A DNA stretch of 63,853 bases, filler included, from Octopus bimaculoides (GCF_001194135.2; 7 parts of 6 records of this genome joined end to end with filler, not necessarily neighbours in it), one strand, 5' to 3'; numbered from the whole stretch's first letter, positions 48,896 through 63,260 are shown. A program made the numbers and translations. The notes: generated by a model from the letters alone, not told the origin.

Positions 48896-49185
48896 TCTTG
48901 TTTTATTGGCCATAAGGGCTAACATAAATGAAAAACATGTAAGGACAAAGACCGGACGAAAGGTATAAAGGGTTTTGTCCGAAAAGGAAACACTCGTGTA
49001 AATAATAATAATAATAATAATACGTAAAATACTGTCTATGTGATCTCAGATTTTAAAACAAACACATAATGTTCTTATGGTTTCTTAAACATTCTCTAGA
49101 ACAACACTATGTACAAATCGAAATATATGGTACCCTAGGCATAACACCTACATGAACTTCTAACTTGTTGTCTCTTGAGGTCTCT

Positions 49186-49670
49186 GGGTGAATACATAAC
49201 AAAAACACCAGGACTTACAAATATATATAACATACAGAAAATTGCACTACTGGGCACTGCACACATCCTACGCAAAACACTTTCAGTACAGTAACCATAA
49301 GAGCACCACAGCAAACCACAGCACATACCCAAGGCGCACAGAGCTGCGCTCGGTAGTGAAGTGAAAACACGTTATAAAAATAAAACTACTGAACAATAAT
49401 AATAATAATAATAAAAATTCTGGAAATAGAGGTAACTCGAATGTAGAGCCTAAAAACAATTCCTATCATAGAAGGTGCATTAGGCATGATAAAAAAACAT
49501 TCAGACAAATACATAACAAAAACACCAGGACTTACAAGTATAAATAACATACAGAAAAATAGCACTACTAGGCACCGCACATATACGTAAAACACTTTCA
49601 ATACAGTGAAAATAAGAGCTCCACAACAAACCACAGCACATACCCAAGGCACTTGATAAAAATAAGACTA

Positions 49671-49675
<5 letters not shown>
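49186..49675 (+). mobile_element. Two tandem R4/Dong-like 3' ends separated and followed by (AAT)n
   Basis: Both match 22700-22943; the second has stops and a deletion in the 3'UTR. Confidence 0.85.
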
Positions 49676-49739
<64 letters not shown>

Positions 49740-50348
49740 CCTTTCTACTATAGGCACAAGGCCTGAAATTTGGAGGAAGAGAATAGTCGATTACATCGAC
49801 CCCAGGACGTAACTGGTTCTTATTTCATCGACTATGAAAGGATGAAAGCAAAGTCGATCTCGACGGAATTCGAAATCAGAACATAAAGAGAGACGAAATG
49901 CCGCTAAGCATTTTGCCCGGCGTGCTAACGGTTCTGCTAGTCTGTTGTCCTTTATAATAAGAACAACAAAGCAAAAACGAGGACGACAACAACAACAACA
50001 AGAACAATAATGATAATGTTTTCACATTTTAGCACAAGGGCCGGCAATTTTAGTGGGAAGTGGGTTAATCGATTGCAAAGACCCAGTGTTCAACCGGTAC
50101 TTATTTTCACCGAGAGGATAAATAATAATAAAAGTAATAATAATCGATGTTATTACCTTCCGTAAGTAATGATTGTCAGCCAGAGAATAAGATGATATCG
50201 TTGTCGAAGTCAGGATTAGTGAAAGAAAAATGTATAAATGCAGACGACACTCAAAATCTACAAATATCCGTAAGATCAGTGAACAACAAACTCTGTTTTC
50301 CTCTCACTCTCTCTGCCTCTCTCCCCCTTTCTTTTCGACGCTCATCTT

Positions 50349-50387
<39 letters not shown>

Positions 50388-50427
50388 CGCGTGCGCGTGC
50401 AACGTGCGTGCATGTGTATGTGAGTGT

Positions 50428-50460
<33 letters not shown>

Positions 50461-50774
50461 GCTTTGGTTACGATTGTGTTTTACGTGCAAAGTTCAAGCA
50501 TCTTTATCACAATTTTGTGACAAGGTATCTCAGATAAATACAGAAAAAGAAATTAAAATAGTATACAGGTTGCCCCCGTTTTACATTGAGAAAGTATTGT
50601 TAGACGAGACGGCGTATACAAAATAGGTGCAAAATCAAAATTAATTCATTATATTACGGACGAAACGAAGATATGATCCAGATATCCAAATATTAAAATC
50701 CTTTTTATTTTCTCTAGTAACTACTTTCTACATAAGATTTTAGTAATAATGCGGTTTCATATAATAACATATTC

Positions 50775-51006
50775 TCTTTACTCTTTACTCTTTTACTTGT
50801 TTCAGTCACTTGACTGCGGCCATGCTGGAGCACCGCCTTTAGTCGATCAAATCGACCCCAGAACTTATTGTTTATAAGCCTAGTACTTATTCTATCGGTC
50901 TATTTTGCCGAACCGCTAAGTTACGTGTACATAACCACACCAGCATCGGTTATCAAGCAATGCTAGGGGGACAAACACAGACACACAAACATACACACAA
51001 ACACAA

Positions 51007-51037
<31 letters not shown>

Positions 51038-51210
51038 CATATATACGACGGGCTTTTTTCAATTTCCGTCAAGCAAATCCACTCACAAGGCTTTGGTCGA
51101 CCCGAGGCTATAGTAGAAGACACTTGCCCAAGATGCCACCCAGTGGGACTGAACCCGGAACCATGTGGTTGGTAAGCAAGCTACTTCCCACACAGCCACT
51201 CCTACGCCTA
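50775..51210 (-). mobile_element. Full-length SINE family A
   Basis: Tail, internal (CA)n(TA)n and head are close to the 38670 copy. Confidence 0.92.
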
Positions 51211-51525
51211 TATAACATATATGAATAATCACTTTGTAAAATGCGTTCTGAATAGCTAAAAACATTGTTAGCTTTGTACATAGTGGTTCGCGTCCGAAGT
51301 TGATGATGTAATTTTTATAGCACCACGGCGTTGATCTCTCAATCCAGCAATGGCACTTAATGTGAATTAGCTCTGCGTTGATAGTCTTGATATGGCCATC
51401 ACCTGTTAACAGATCAAGATGAATGCCATGCACTTTCCTAAACTATGAACTCAGATTTGTTTGCCGTGTTTTTCTTTTACTCTTCTTCAGAATTTAAAAA
51501 TAAAGCATTATGCCTTCCTTTAAAT

Positions 51526-51817
51526 CAGTGGTTCTCAACCTGGGTCTATATGACCCCAGAAGGTCCATATAATATTTTTAGGTTTCTATGAAAACATTTC
51601 CTTTAGATGTATGTGTTGCAAGAAACAGCTAGGTTTCTTTCTCTAGCATCATACGCAGTTCAACCTACACAAGTTAATTTTTTTAAAAAACAAAATAGGA
51701 ATTTTAAAAGTAGTATTTATAAACTAGTTTTTAAACATTGAATGGCTATGAGGGACCGCCACAATAAAATAGTGACCAAAGGAGTCCATGAATAAAAAAA
51801 AGGGTTAGAAACCACTT
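51526..51817. mobile_element. hAT-type MITE (CAGTGGTTCTCAAC TIR)
   Basis: Left TIR cagtggttctcaacc; right ggttagaaaccact; 8-bp flanks ctttaaat / ctttaaac match at 7 of 8. Confidence 0.7.
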
Positions 51818-52107
51818 TAAACAATCTTTTCGAAGCCACTTCGATTCCTGTAACCCATTTCGTAAAACACAATCAAAGAATTATCATTAGAAAGAAATAG
51901 ATTTAAGGTTTTATTGTCTTCACAACACTCTTCAATTCATTTTGTCTTCTGTATCCAGATGTTTCATTAAATCTGACAATTCTTCAGAAAAGTACTTTTT
52001 ATTGCCTTTTCTGTCAGCCATCAATACTTACAATCCCAATGCACACGTCTCCTCCCCTTTATATACACTTTATTATAACTCTTGCACTTATGGCCGTAAC
52101 ACAGTTT

Positions 52108-52138
<31 letters not shown>

Positions 52139-52815
52139 NNNNNNNNNNNNNNNNNNNNNNNNNNNNNNNNNNNNNNNNNNNNTTAATTAATTAANNNNNN
52201 NNNNNNNNNNNNNNNNNNNNNNNNNNNNNNNNNNNNNNATTTGAAACTATAATAAATAGATTGTAATATATTTCTTTGCTATTTCCTCTTAAGTTCTTCA
52301 TATATGCTGAAGCCTTTTCACAAAGAGAACCTATTATTGAATTTAACCCTTTTAAAACGGTTGACGTAAATATACGCACGCAATGTACATGCTTTAAATC
52401 GGTCGACGTAATTATTCGCCACCCGACTTAGAACTTGTCGCCTGAGTTAGTACCGGTCCGCCTGCTAAATGATAGGCCGATTAGATGTTTCGTCGAATTT
52501 ACGGTCGTTGCGCCGAGCTACACCACGCTCCACCACCTAACCAGTTGTTTCTTCCGGTTCGGACGATGACTCGGAGAGTGAGTATTTTCCTAGTTCAGAA
52601 TCACATGATTCCGATAGCGATGATAATATTCCGGTGAATCAAAGGTACATGCGGACAACAATGAATGGCCCTGGACAATAGAATGTCGTGTGGCGAGCGA
52701 GAGACAATTTCATCCGACGGGTTTACTGGAACGCCTGGCATAAAGGTAAACCTTCAACATGGAAGTTCGCCATTGGAAATCTTCCACGAATTTTTGACGG
52801 ATGAAATGTTCCAAT

Positions 52816-53137
52816 GAAAGGAGCACTCCGTCGGTTACGACGACGAGGGTCCCAGCTGATCCGATCAACGGAACAGCTTCTTCGTGAAAATAACGTGCAA
52901 GTGGCTGAGCACTCCACAGACACGTGTACGCTTAACGTAATTCTCAGATATTCAGCGTGACACAAATTGTGACAAGGCCGGTCATTTGAAATACAGGTAC
53001 TACTCGTTTTTGCTAGCTAAGTGGACTGGAACAACGTGAAGTGAAGTGTCTTGCTGAAGGACACAACATGTCGCCGGGAATTGAACTCACGACCTTACGA
53101 TCGTGAGCCGATGTCCGAACCACTAAGTCACGCGCTT
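52816..53137 (-). mobile_element. tRNA-derived CORE-like SINE inserted into the piggyBac transposase 5' region
   Basis: Head gcgcgtgacttagtggttcgg...gagttcaattccc; it splits DEMF|HNI.DETNNYA of the transposase. Confidence 0.85.
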
Positions 53138-53453
53138 TCATAATATATAGCGGACGAAACGAATAACTATGCTGAAAACCACCCCCAGTATATCCGACCC
53201 GGGCATAGCGGTGATTGGTTTCCAGCCACATGGGATAAAATCAAAGTTATGGTTGTCCTGCTGATACTGGTTGGCATCGTGAAGAAACCGACCCTGGGGC
53301 GTCATATTGGAATCGGGATCTAGCCACGTCAACAACTTTCTTTCTGGAAACGATGCCACGTGATAGAGTTTTGACGTTTCTTCAAAATCTACATTTCAAC
53401 TCAGGTGAGAATCAGGATGACAGACTGCATAAAATAGTCCTATCGTTGACGAA

Positions 53454-54278
53454 GTGGCTGAAAATTCCAGAACGCTGTATGTCCCTATACAGGACATTTG
53501 TACGGACGAGGATTTGTGTAAATTCAAGGGAAGGCTCCGATTCAAACAATACAACCCGACCAAACGTGCCTGCTTTGGAGTCAAGGTTTATAAAGTATGC
53601 CAATCAACTGGTAGAGCCTGTGGGTACACATGGAATTACAAAATATACAGTGGTCAGAGCAGATTGGCTCTTCCAGTGTCTACTCTAGCATCAATTGACG
53701 TCGTGTTGTCGTTGAATGAAAACCTGTTTGACAAAGGCTACAATATTTATATGGACAACTGGTTTCCCAGTCCAGACCTCTTCCAGCAGCTGAAGGCGAG
53801 GAGGACTAATGCCTGTGAGACTGTGAGGGCGCACAGGAAAAACATACCGCCTGATCTTCATAAGATTAAACTTCGAAAAGGGGCAACAACGTATCAATGC
53901 ACCGATAGTGGCATTCTCGCTCTCGTGCGGCGTGCCAAGAAAAACGTCTGCATGTTATCCACAATGCATTCTGAAAGCACGAAGGACACTAGGAAACAAG
54001 ATGCGGACGGTAATACCATAATGAAACCGAGTGTAGTTGTTTCATACGATGTAGGGATGGGCGGGGTGGATCACTCAGATCAGCTGGCGACGACACACAA
54101 ATCGGGGAGAAAATTTGTGAAATGGTACAAAAAAATGTTCTTGTATATAGCTGACATATGTGTCGTGAACTCACATTTGATTTGGCAGATGCTTGGAGGT
54201 GTGGGGGGTAGATTGACATTCGAGAATCTATTGTTCCGTGAAATGACAGACGCATCAGACCTGCCAAAGTACACATAA
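53454..54278 (+). pseudogene. piggyBac (PGBD4-like) transposase catalytic core, open for 274 codons but lacking an intact N-terminus and the C-terminal Cys-rich domain
   Basis: ICTDE, FKQYNPTK, YMDNWF, MLSTMH, MGGVDHSDQ, KWYKK: all three catalytic Asp-equivalent positions are present. Confidence 0.88.
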
Positions 54279-54549
54279 GAATTCATACAACTATGAAAAA
54301 AACTTTGATTTAATTTTGCAATCTTTTTTTTTTAATCACAGTCTGAACTTTTGGCTTAAATCCCAGCAATTGGTCATTAAATGTTTATGGAGAGAAAAAT
54401 ATTGAAAAGCATCAATATGTCAGAGTGGCGCGGAAACAAGGAGGGTATCAGGTGGTTGTGAGATGCTCTAAAAATAATAGCTGAATAGCCCTTAAATCAA
54501 ACAAAAAAGTCTCTTTTTTTTTTGGTTCTTTTCATAGTTGTATGAATTC
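54279..54549. repeat. 271-bp segment bounded by a perfect 21-bp inverted repeat
   Basis: gaattcatacaactatgaaaa (54279-54299) / ttttcatagttgtatgaattc (54529-54549). Confidence 0.85.
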
Positions 54550-54654
54550 CCAAGCGTAGAATACAAATTTGCAAAAATTTTCTGAAAATGCTCAAAAAAT
54601 TAAAATTGAGAGATTATACGGGGAGCTTAAAACAGAATTTCACCTGGCTCCCTT

Positions 54655-55075
54655 CCTGATGCATTTATGCACCATTCAGTTGAAGAGAAGAGATTACTGA
54701 AATTAGTCGTTACTTGTTTTGCCCCAATTTAGACATAACTTTTTGAAAACTGGAACATTATCAAATTGGACATCAACATGGGAAACAATTGATTTACAGT
54801 CCAACAGAGAAAAGAATATTGATTGTTAAACACCAAGAGGATCGTGGGAAAATAGCACATGACCTGAAATTACTGAAACTTTAACTATATCTAAAACCTC
54901 ATAGTTTCTTCACAATCTGCAGAAGTGGCTCTCTTCATGATATATTCACACGCCATACAGTTAAAGAGAAGAAATTACTGGTATTAGTTATTACTCATCT
55001 TGCCCCAGTTTAGTCATCCATTTTTGAAAATTTGAAAATTATCAAATTAGACATTGGTGTGTGAAAAAATTGACT
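54655..55075. repeat. Two diverged ~140-bp direct repeats about 283 bp apart
   Basis: ccattcagttgaagagaagagattactg..ttgccccaatttag..ttatcaaattggacat versus ccatacagttaaagagaagaaattactg..ttgccccagtttag..ttatcaaattagacat. Confidence 0.7.
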
Positions 55076-55112
55076 TGGAGTCCATGCCGACTCTTTTCTC
55101 GCCGCATGGTGA

Positions 55113-55292
<180 letters not shown>

Positions 55293-56545
55293 TGAATTCA
55301 CGTGATTGTAAATACATGAGGTTGATCTTATTTGTGCTGTCGAGTGATCTTATACCTCATGAGCGTCCTGCATTGCGATATAGTTTATGTAAATAAGCAA
55401 TACTTGCACTAAAGCGGTTGACGTAAATATACGCTGAGCGTTATCTCGCATTGAGTGCTGACCTCAATTGACGCGATTCCCGTTGCCGCTTGCGCGCAAG
55501 CAGTCGAATGAATCGCCGCCGTAAACTGGTTAAGCGCTTGATGTAAATATACGCCGAACCATTGTCGTGCGCTAATTGCTGATCTCAGCCGAGATGATTA
55601 CCGTCAATGCAACCTAGTTGCTTGATAAAAAAAAAACGAAAAAAACAAAACGTTGTCATGAGGTTAATGATGAAAATGTTGTTGGTGGTGATGATGACGA
55701 CGACGACAACTTTCGTGTCAATAAATAATGATTGATGATGATGATGATGATGATGATAACGACGACGACGATGACGACAGAAACATTAGCACGCCGGGCG
55801 AAATGCTTAGCGGTATTTCGTCTGCCGCTACGTTCTGAGTTCATATTCCGCCGAGGTCGACTTTGCCTTTCATCCTTTCGGGGTCGATTAAATAAGTACC
55901 AGTTACGCACTGGGGTTGATGTAATCGACATAATCCGTTTGTCTGTCCTTGTTTGTCCCCTCTGTGTGTAGCCCCTTGTGGACAATAAAGAAATAACACA
56001 CACACAAACACACAAATCCATGCGTGCACACACACATAAGGTCAAGTGACACATACATACACTCACAATCACACACATAGACACAGCTCCATAGTCAGTA
56101 ATGCGTAGCAGTAACGAGAAATGAACAAACTAGGCTTTACAACTTGTTTGTAAATATCTTAATTTCTAAAAATTATCCCTTATCGCTATTCCCTACGAAA
56201 GCATAACGAGCCAGAAATGCTTCTAGGGGTCTAACAGAGGGCACCACTGAGCTGATAATAGTGTATTTACACCTTTTGCCAAAAGTGAGAGTTTTTTTCT
56301 ACAAGGTAAGCTGCATTGAAATTGCTTTTAGAAACTGAAATACTCCACAAACATATTTGAACTAAGCTTAGGCTTGTTTATACTAGAGATGGGCAACTTT
56401 TCGTCAACTGGGGCCGCATCTCACCCTTTCCAAGTGGGAGAGGGCCGCATGATAAAACACATATGCATGAAATATTACTTTCCCATTTTACACTGAATGT
56501 TTTTGCAGTTCTTCTTAATTTTATTTGTCTTAGTATGAGAGTTTG

Positions 56546-56671
56546 CGAGGAGTGTATGAAAAGTTTTGAGCCTTCGAGGCCTTTTAGCCTTGAAATCTTG
56601 TACCTTCATCAGAAGTCTTGTACCATGTTTTTTTTTTTTTTGAGGCTCAAGACTTTTCATACACCCCCTTG
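56546..56671. mobile_element. 126-bp mariner-derived MITE
   Basis: TIR cgaggagtgtatgaaaagttttgagcct versus aggctcaagacttttcatacacccccttg, followed by TA; the terminus resembles the mariner end at 22027. Confidence 0.75.
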
Positions 56672-57268
56672 TACATTCAGGTGGCATCTTTTTCATTATT
56701 TCCTAATGATAATGATAAGGTTAAAAATTGGAAAATTTGAGAAAAAGTTTTCGCTTGTAAAAATTAGTAACCTAGAAACTCGTCAAGGACCGCACAACAA
56801 CATGTCGAGGTTGCTCAAACATGGTTTATATGCTTAACTGCTGATTTATTGAGGGCGATCTGTGATTAAATAATTCGTTAAGATGATGTAAGATTGTGCA
56901 TTTACATAGAGTATGTTTCTGTGCACAGGTATGTGTTTATATCTGTGTGTATCTGATACACACAGCCTTGGTCGACGGAAACGGAAAGAAGCTTGTCGTA
57001 ATCTGCTCCTAACGAGTGAAGGTGAACTTTTTGTAATATCTATGTATGAATGTTTACTGGTTGCACACCCGAGACATTTTGTATATTCCATCAATAAATT
57101 TTGAACATTACGATTATTACGTAATCCCGAGCTTCTTAAAACAGCTGTCGGGTTAAGAAATTATGTATTCTCTTTTTAATATTAATTTCTATACTCTATG
57201 TAAATATGTTTGCGTGTATATGTATGTATATATTTATCTTCCTGAATACATTTAGATATATGTGTCTA

Positions 57269-57320
<52 letters not shown>

Positions 57321-57420
57321 NNNNNNNNNNNNNNNNNNNNNNNNNNNNNNNNNNNNNNNNNNNNTTAATTAATTAANNNNNNNNNNNNNNNNNNNNNNNN
57401 NNNNNNNNNNNNNNNNNNNN

Positions 57421-57514
<94 letters not shown>

Positions 57515-58346
57515 CACACACACACATACACACATATATATATAATACATGTATCAGTAGAATATATAATCAAGGCTGTAGATTGACTGACATAAACTAC
57601 AACTCTGTATTATTTACCTTCATCTTGGATATGCTTTGAAATCCCATTCAGTTCAGATTTAATTTTGCTTTATTAATATTCTTTTGTAGTTATCTTGTTT
57701 AGGTTGTAACCATATTATCTGGACTTCTAGAATGCAAGTGGTTCTCTTGTGTACAATACTTGGTTGGAAGACAATAAAGAGATCTTTCAGATTGATAAAG
57801 TGCCTGATACAGTGAAGAGGTTGAGTCAGATAACAGAAGAAGCTTCATCAGCCTTGGGTTAACTGTAGCAATATTAATGTCTGTCTGTGAGAAAAGGGTG
57901 AAGTTCAATGAAGTGGGCACATGTAATATTCTGGAGGTCAGGACATTTGATATGCACTTTTCACTTTTACAAAGTGGAAAAGTCATATGAAATCCGTAAA
58001 ATTTGATATTACATGTACGTACTCTACACGGGGGGGGGGGGGTGAAGATTTATTTCATCACAAAAGTTTAACTATATTACCAGGTTTAGATTATTGAATA
58101 CACCTTTGCACACAATTGTGGATAAGCTAAATATACATGAAGCACACACTTAATTATACAATCATAACTAACAATGAATACAATTGCGTATATTTAAATA
58201 TACCACCATGTCATCACCATAATCATCATCATCATCATCGTCATCGCCGTCAGTGTTGTCGTCATCATCATTATCATCTTCATGTTCCCTCGGCTTGCGA
58301 AAACCTGTTGGGGCAAGTGAAAGCAAAATCATGGCACCTGTACCAG

Positions 58347-58549
58347 TGGAGCACTAAGAGCACCGTCCGAGCGTGATTGTTGCCAGAGCAGCTGTCTGGC
58401 TTCCTTGCCAGTGACACGTAAATCGCACCATTTGAGCATGAGCGTTACCAACGTCGCCTTCCTGGCACTTGTGCCAGTGGAATGTGAAAAGACATTCAAG
58501 TGAGATTGTTGCTAGTGCCGCTGGACTGGCTCCTGTGCAGTAATCCTGG
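58347..58549. repeat. Three degenerate ~65-bp tandem units, probably a LINE 3'UTR next to a (CAT)n tail
   Basis: Units ccagtg..gcacc....gagc(g/a)tga..gtt(g/a)cca...ctggc recur at about 65-bp spacing. Confidence 0.65.
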
Positions 58550-61500
58550 AACCTCAGAAAAAGAAAATAAAAGGCCGTAGGCTTTGCTTGTACTTCGTTA
58601 TTAAGTACTAAAACAAAAATCTCAAATAAATCAGAACAGATTTTCATTGTCTTCACCAGGGTACCTATTGGGCATTGAACTCACAACTAAAAGCCACTGA
58701 AATTCTTGCTAATTGCACAGTTTTCCTACCCCTTACAGCAACAACACGACCAAAATCTACAGGTGCAGTCATGCCTGTGGTAAAAAAAAAAATGGCTTTC
58801 TTTGCAGTTTGGAGTTCAGATATACAGCGCTGCACTTTGAGAAAGCATTTTGAACTATAGTTCCTTTCCAATCAATGCCTTGTAATTAAATTTGGTAGAT
58901 GAAAATCATATGGAAGTCTATCATATATATTTCTATATGCGTGTACTTGTGTGTGTGTGTGTGTGTGTATGTGTACATGCACATGTGCATCTTAGTGTCT
59001 GTCTTTCTCTTCTGTAACAATGAATCAAGTAAAAGAGTATTTAATTAAGATTCCACTCGACAAGAGCTTAACTCACTCTCTACCTTTTACATCACTGGGA
59101 ACAATATTTTGATATAGAATATCAATATTTTGATATGTATAGATTAGACTTTCCTCAATTAGATTAGTATCAATTAATGATGTAAAGATTAGAGTCAGCT
59201 AATTGAATACAAATTTGTCTATAATTCAATGTTAAATACATGGGGGTACATAGACATGTAAACCACACAAAAATGTAATGAAATATAAATGATATATAAA
59301 GAATATTATAACTAATTTAGAACTTCTAAATGATATTATATAAAACATATAATAGAATGTCTAATAATAATAATAATAATAATGATAAGAAGAAGAAGAA
59401 TATAAATGGCATTTAATAAATGTGATATATAAAAATATAAAAAATATAACATATGAGGAAATAATAATGTTTTAGAGAATCGGTAATATTTGATATTTGG
59501 GTATGAAAAGAATAAAATGAAGCAAAAATACTAGTCTTTTCTATAAGAATTATGATTTATAATGGTTTTAGATAAAGCCAAAAGTAACAAAGAGGACCAA
59601 AAAGAAGTTGAGAAAAAAAAAATAACAGAGAAATTACTGCAATATAACATTGTTACATTTTCTGTGATTTAATAATATAAGCATTGAGAAAACAGCTTCA
59701 GAAATAAAAAAGAAGGAGCACCAAAATAAATATAAATTGTTAAAAGAATAAACCAGCATTTCAGGAATGGTTAAAGAATGTGAAAGTAATATAAATGCAA
59801 TAGAAGAATACAAAAAGGGTTGAGGAAGCAAATTATGTCAGAATAAGATTAAAATATGGCAGTTACGGATATGTGAGATATTCTTAAGAGTAATTGCATG
59901 TATTTCATATGTGATAATAAATCAATGGTTAGAAGCAGTGTGATACTGAAGAAGGAGGTGATGAAGACGATGCCGGGGGGGGGGGGTAAAAAAGACATGC
60001 CACATGACTGTTATGATGAACAAGCCAATGAGAAAGTCTCTACGTTGTCGCATAGCTCAACCTACTAGAAATAGCTTCCTAATGTCTTTCAAATTATACA
60101 CAACAGTCTTAAAAACATGGTATGTAATGCAGTCTTAGAATATGTCTGGGATAAAAGAAAAAAAATGGAAAGTATCAAGGATGGAATGCCTTTTATTATA
60201 AATCTATTGGGTCCAATAGCAACAAAATCCAATCCTGTGAGCCAATGAGAGGGCCTTTAGGTGGTTGCTTTTGTTGTCCTGCTAGAAACATCTGCTAAAA
60301 TCTTTCTCCAATTACACCTTACCATTTTAGAAAAGTAAGGGCACATTTGATAAAGTAGTTCTAGATATACTATGTCTATATGTTTAAAACAAAATTTAAA
60401 TGATCACACCAAAAATGCACATGCATACACACATACAGATACAAATGCATACACACATACAGATACAAATGCATACACACACACACCACCACCACCACCA
60501 CTACCAGTCTTATGACTTTCTTTCTGTTTATTGTCTGTATAGGAGTGTCTGTTCACATCTTGTTAGGATGAAAGGTAAAGTTGACCTCGACGGAATTTGA
60601 ACTGAGAAGGGTGAAATATCACTAAGCATTTTGTCCAGCATGCTAATGATTCTGCCAGCTCACCACCATTAATAATAATAATAATAATAAGCCTCCCCAC
60701 CACCACCACTACCAGTCTTATGACTTTCTTCCTATACAAATGACAGAACACACTTACAGATTTTCTTTATAGTCTTTGAAAGTCATTAGGAGTTCATTGT
60801 CCTTAGAGACCCCCATCTGAGTATTTTGGGTTACTTCATTGTTTATCACAAAAATGACAATAAGCAAAGAGTCAATATCATCATCAATAGTCTCCATATT
60901 GTCTTTCACATCCAACATAGATATTATTCCATTAAACAGCCAAGGCTACTTACATTTGTTCATCAGTCAATGTTCAAGGACATGGGAATAGTTAGTATTG
61001 CTCTTGAGATTAAGAGATACGCTATTATTTTCATTTGTCCTTACTATTCAGCAAAATGAAGTATAGATGCACCTACTCTTGTCATGTAACTCTGTCAAGC
61101 AGACTTTATTCTCTGGCACCCTTTGTCTTTCCCTTGGATAACATCAGTGGTGTAGAGAGGGGAGGCTGGTTTGCATGGACAACTACTGGTCTTCCATAAA
61201 CAAATTAGCCTGGACTTGTATCTGGGAGGGAAACTTTCTAGATGCAGTCCCATGGCCATTCATGACTGGAAGGGGTCTTGACCATTTATTTTAAAAGCAA
61301 CCAAATTTGATGCAAAAATTTGCTCACATTTCTCCCTACCACGTAAGAAATATTGTCAGCATCCAGTAATCTGGGCCGAGATACAGTATGACTGATGCAT
61401 GTGGGTGGTCACAACTAGACTACTGCTTCATCGTAATTGTGCTCCATCAGAGCTAAACAGCAACAGTTTGACTACTCAACAAAGAATCTCTCCATAAGTA

Positions 61501-62461
61501 CTGAATCTGCAAGAAATAGCAGTCAAAATCTTTCTCACATCACATTTAACTATTTTCAAAGGGGAAACACTTATTGAATGATGGAGTCTCACATACAATA
61601 ATAATAATAATAATAATAATAATAGCAATAATAATAATAATAATAATAATAATAGCAATAATAATAATAATAATAGCAATAATAATAATAATAATCGATG
61701 GTCAAAGTCAAGATGAAATGACTTCCATTATAAGTTTGCTCATTCAAAGCTGACATGGGACTGATCAATAAAACAACAACCAAGCAATAACTTATTTATT
61801 GGTAAATTGTGAAGATACAAATTAAATATGAAAAAATTTGATGAGGGACATGGACCATTCAAATTATATTGCATTGCTGTAGATAGAGCTGTCAGATTTC
61901 TTGATAAGAACTTCAGATTTATATTAAGCTTAATGCAGTCATATACAGAAACACTCTTCCCAATTCTGAAATGAGATTAATACAAAATTCATGTTATAGG
62001 CTACACACAAACACACGCATACACATACACACACACACACACACACATTTGTGTGTGTGTATAAATATATAGATATATATATATATAATCTTAGAGACAC
62101 TTTCAAATTTATCAGAATATTTGGACTGAAGATTGGAACAGAGAAATTTTCTTTCGCTTAACCATGAAACGATTCGTATCCAATTAACTAAAGACTTGTT
62201 TTGTTTATGCTTTTTTGTTCTATGTGTGCCATAAATATCGCCATCCGTTTAGAGAAAAATTTGTAGTTTAGAATCAGTAGTTCTTTGACTGCTATTTCTA
62301 AATTTTCAGTATGTTGGAGAAGAAACGCAATGCTAATCCCTGTATATTTATGATGATAAATGGTTTTACCGATAAAGGTTTTTTCATACTGAACTACTTG
62401 GCAAAATTGTTAATTATTAATTCTATTATTAATTGACGATTCCCTGCCCTTATTCTTGTAT

Positions 62462-62498
<37 letters not shown>

Positions 62499-62598
62499 NN
62501 NNNNNNNNNNNNNNNNNNNNNNNNNNNNNNNNNNNNNNNNNNTTAATTAATTAANNNNNNNNNNNNNNNNNNNNNNNNNNNNNNNNNNNNNNNNNNNN

Positions 62599-62635
<37 letters not shown>

Positions 62636-63042
62636 AATACGCATACATATACACGCATGCACACGTGCGCACACGTAGACACACATTCATACATACATAC
62701 ATACATACATACTTATACAATATTTTCACGTATATCTTTGCGACATATATTATAATTACATAGCAATTAAAAGCGGAAATAATAAATTTGAAAAGAACAT
62801 TTTTACATTTGAGAAGAAGCAATTAAGTCTAACCAACGGCTTTTAAAAATTATAAATCAGTTTGGCTTACTTTAAATACATCGGAGTAGGGTCAGAGGCT
62901 ATATCATAGATGTCTGAAGGATATTTTGACAACTTGTAATGTATAAATTGCAGTGAGACTATGTCAGTGAACAGGTCACCATTTTGCGACGAAAATTTTG
63001 ACTCATAAATTAAATTAATAAAATAAATTTAAAGTTCACTGA

Positions 63043-63103
<61 letters not shown>

Positions 63104-63105
<2 letters not shown>

Positions 63106-63260
63106 CTTCCACTTGTTTCAGTCATTTGACTGCGGCCATGCTGGAGCACCGCCTTTAGTCGAACAAATCGACCGCGGGACCTTTTTTTTTTGTAAGCCTA
63201 GCACTTATTTTATCGGTTCCTTTTACCGAACCGCTAAGTTACGGGTACGTACACACACCA
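63104..63260 (-). mobile_element. SINE family A 3' half
   Basis: cacttgtttcagtcatttgactgcggccatgctggagcaccgcc...ccgctaagttacg. Confidence 0.85.

Noticed and set aside
58347-58549. CRISPR-like array
   Set aside because: The context is eukaryotic, whole units are similar (no unique spacers), and there are no cas genes.
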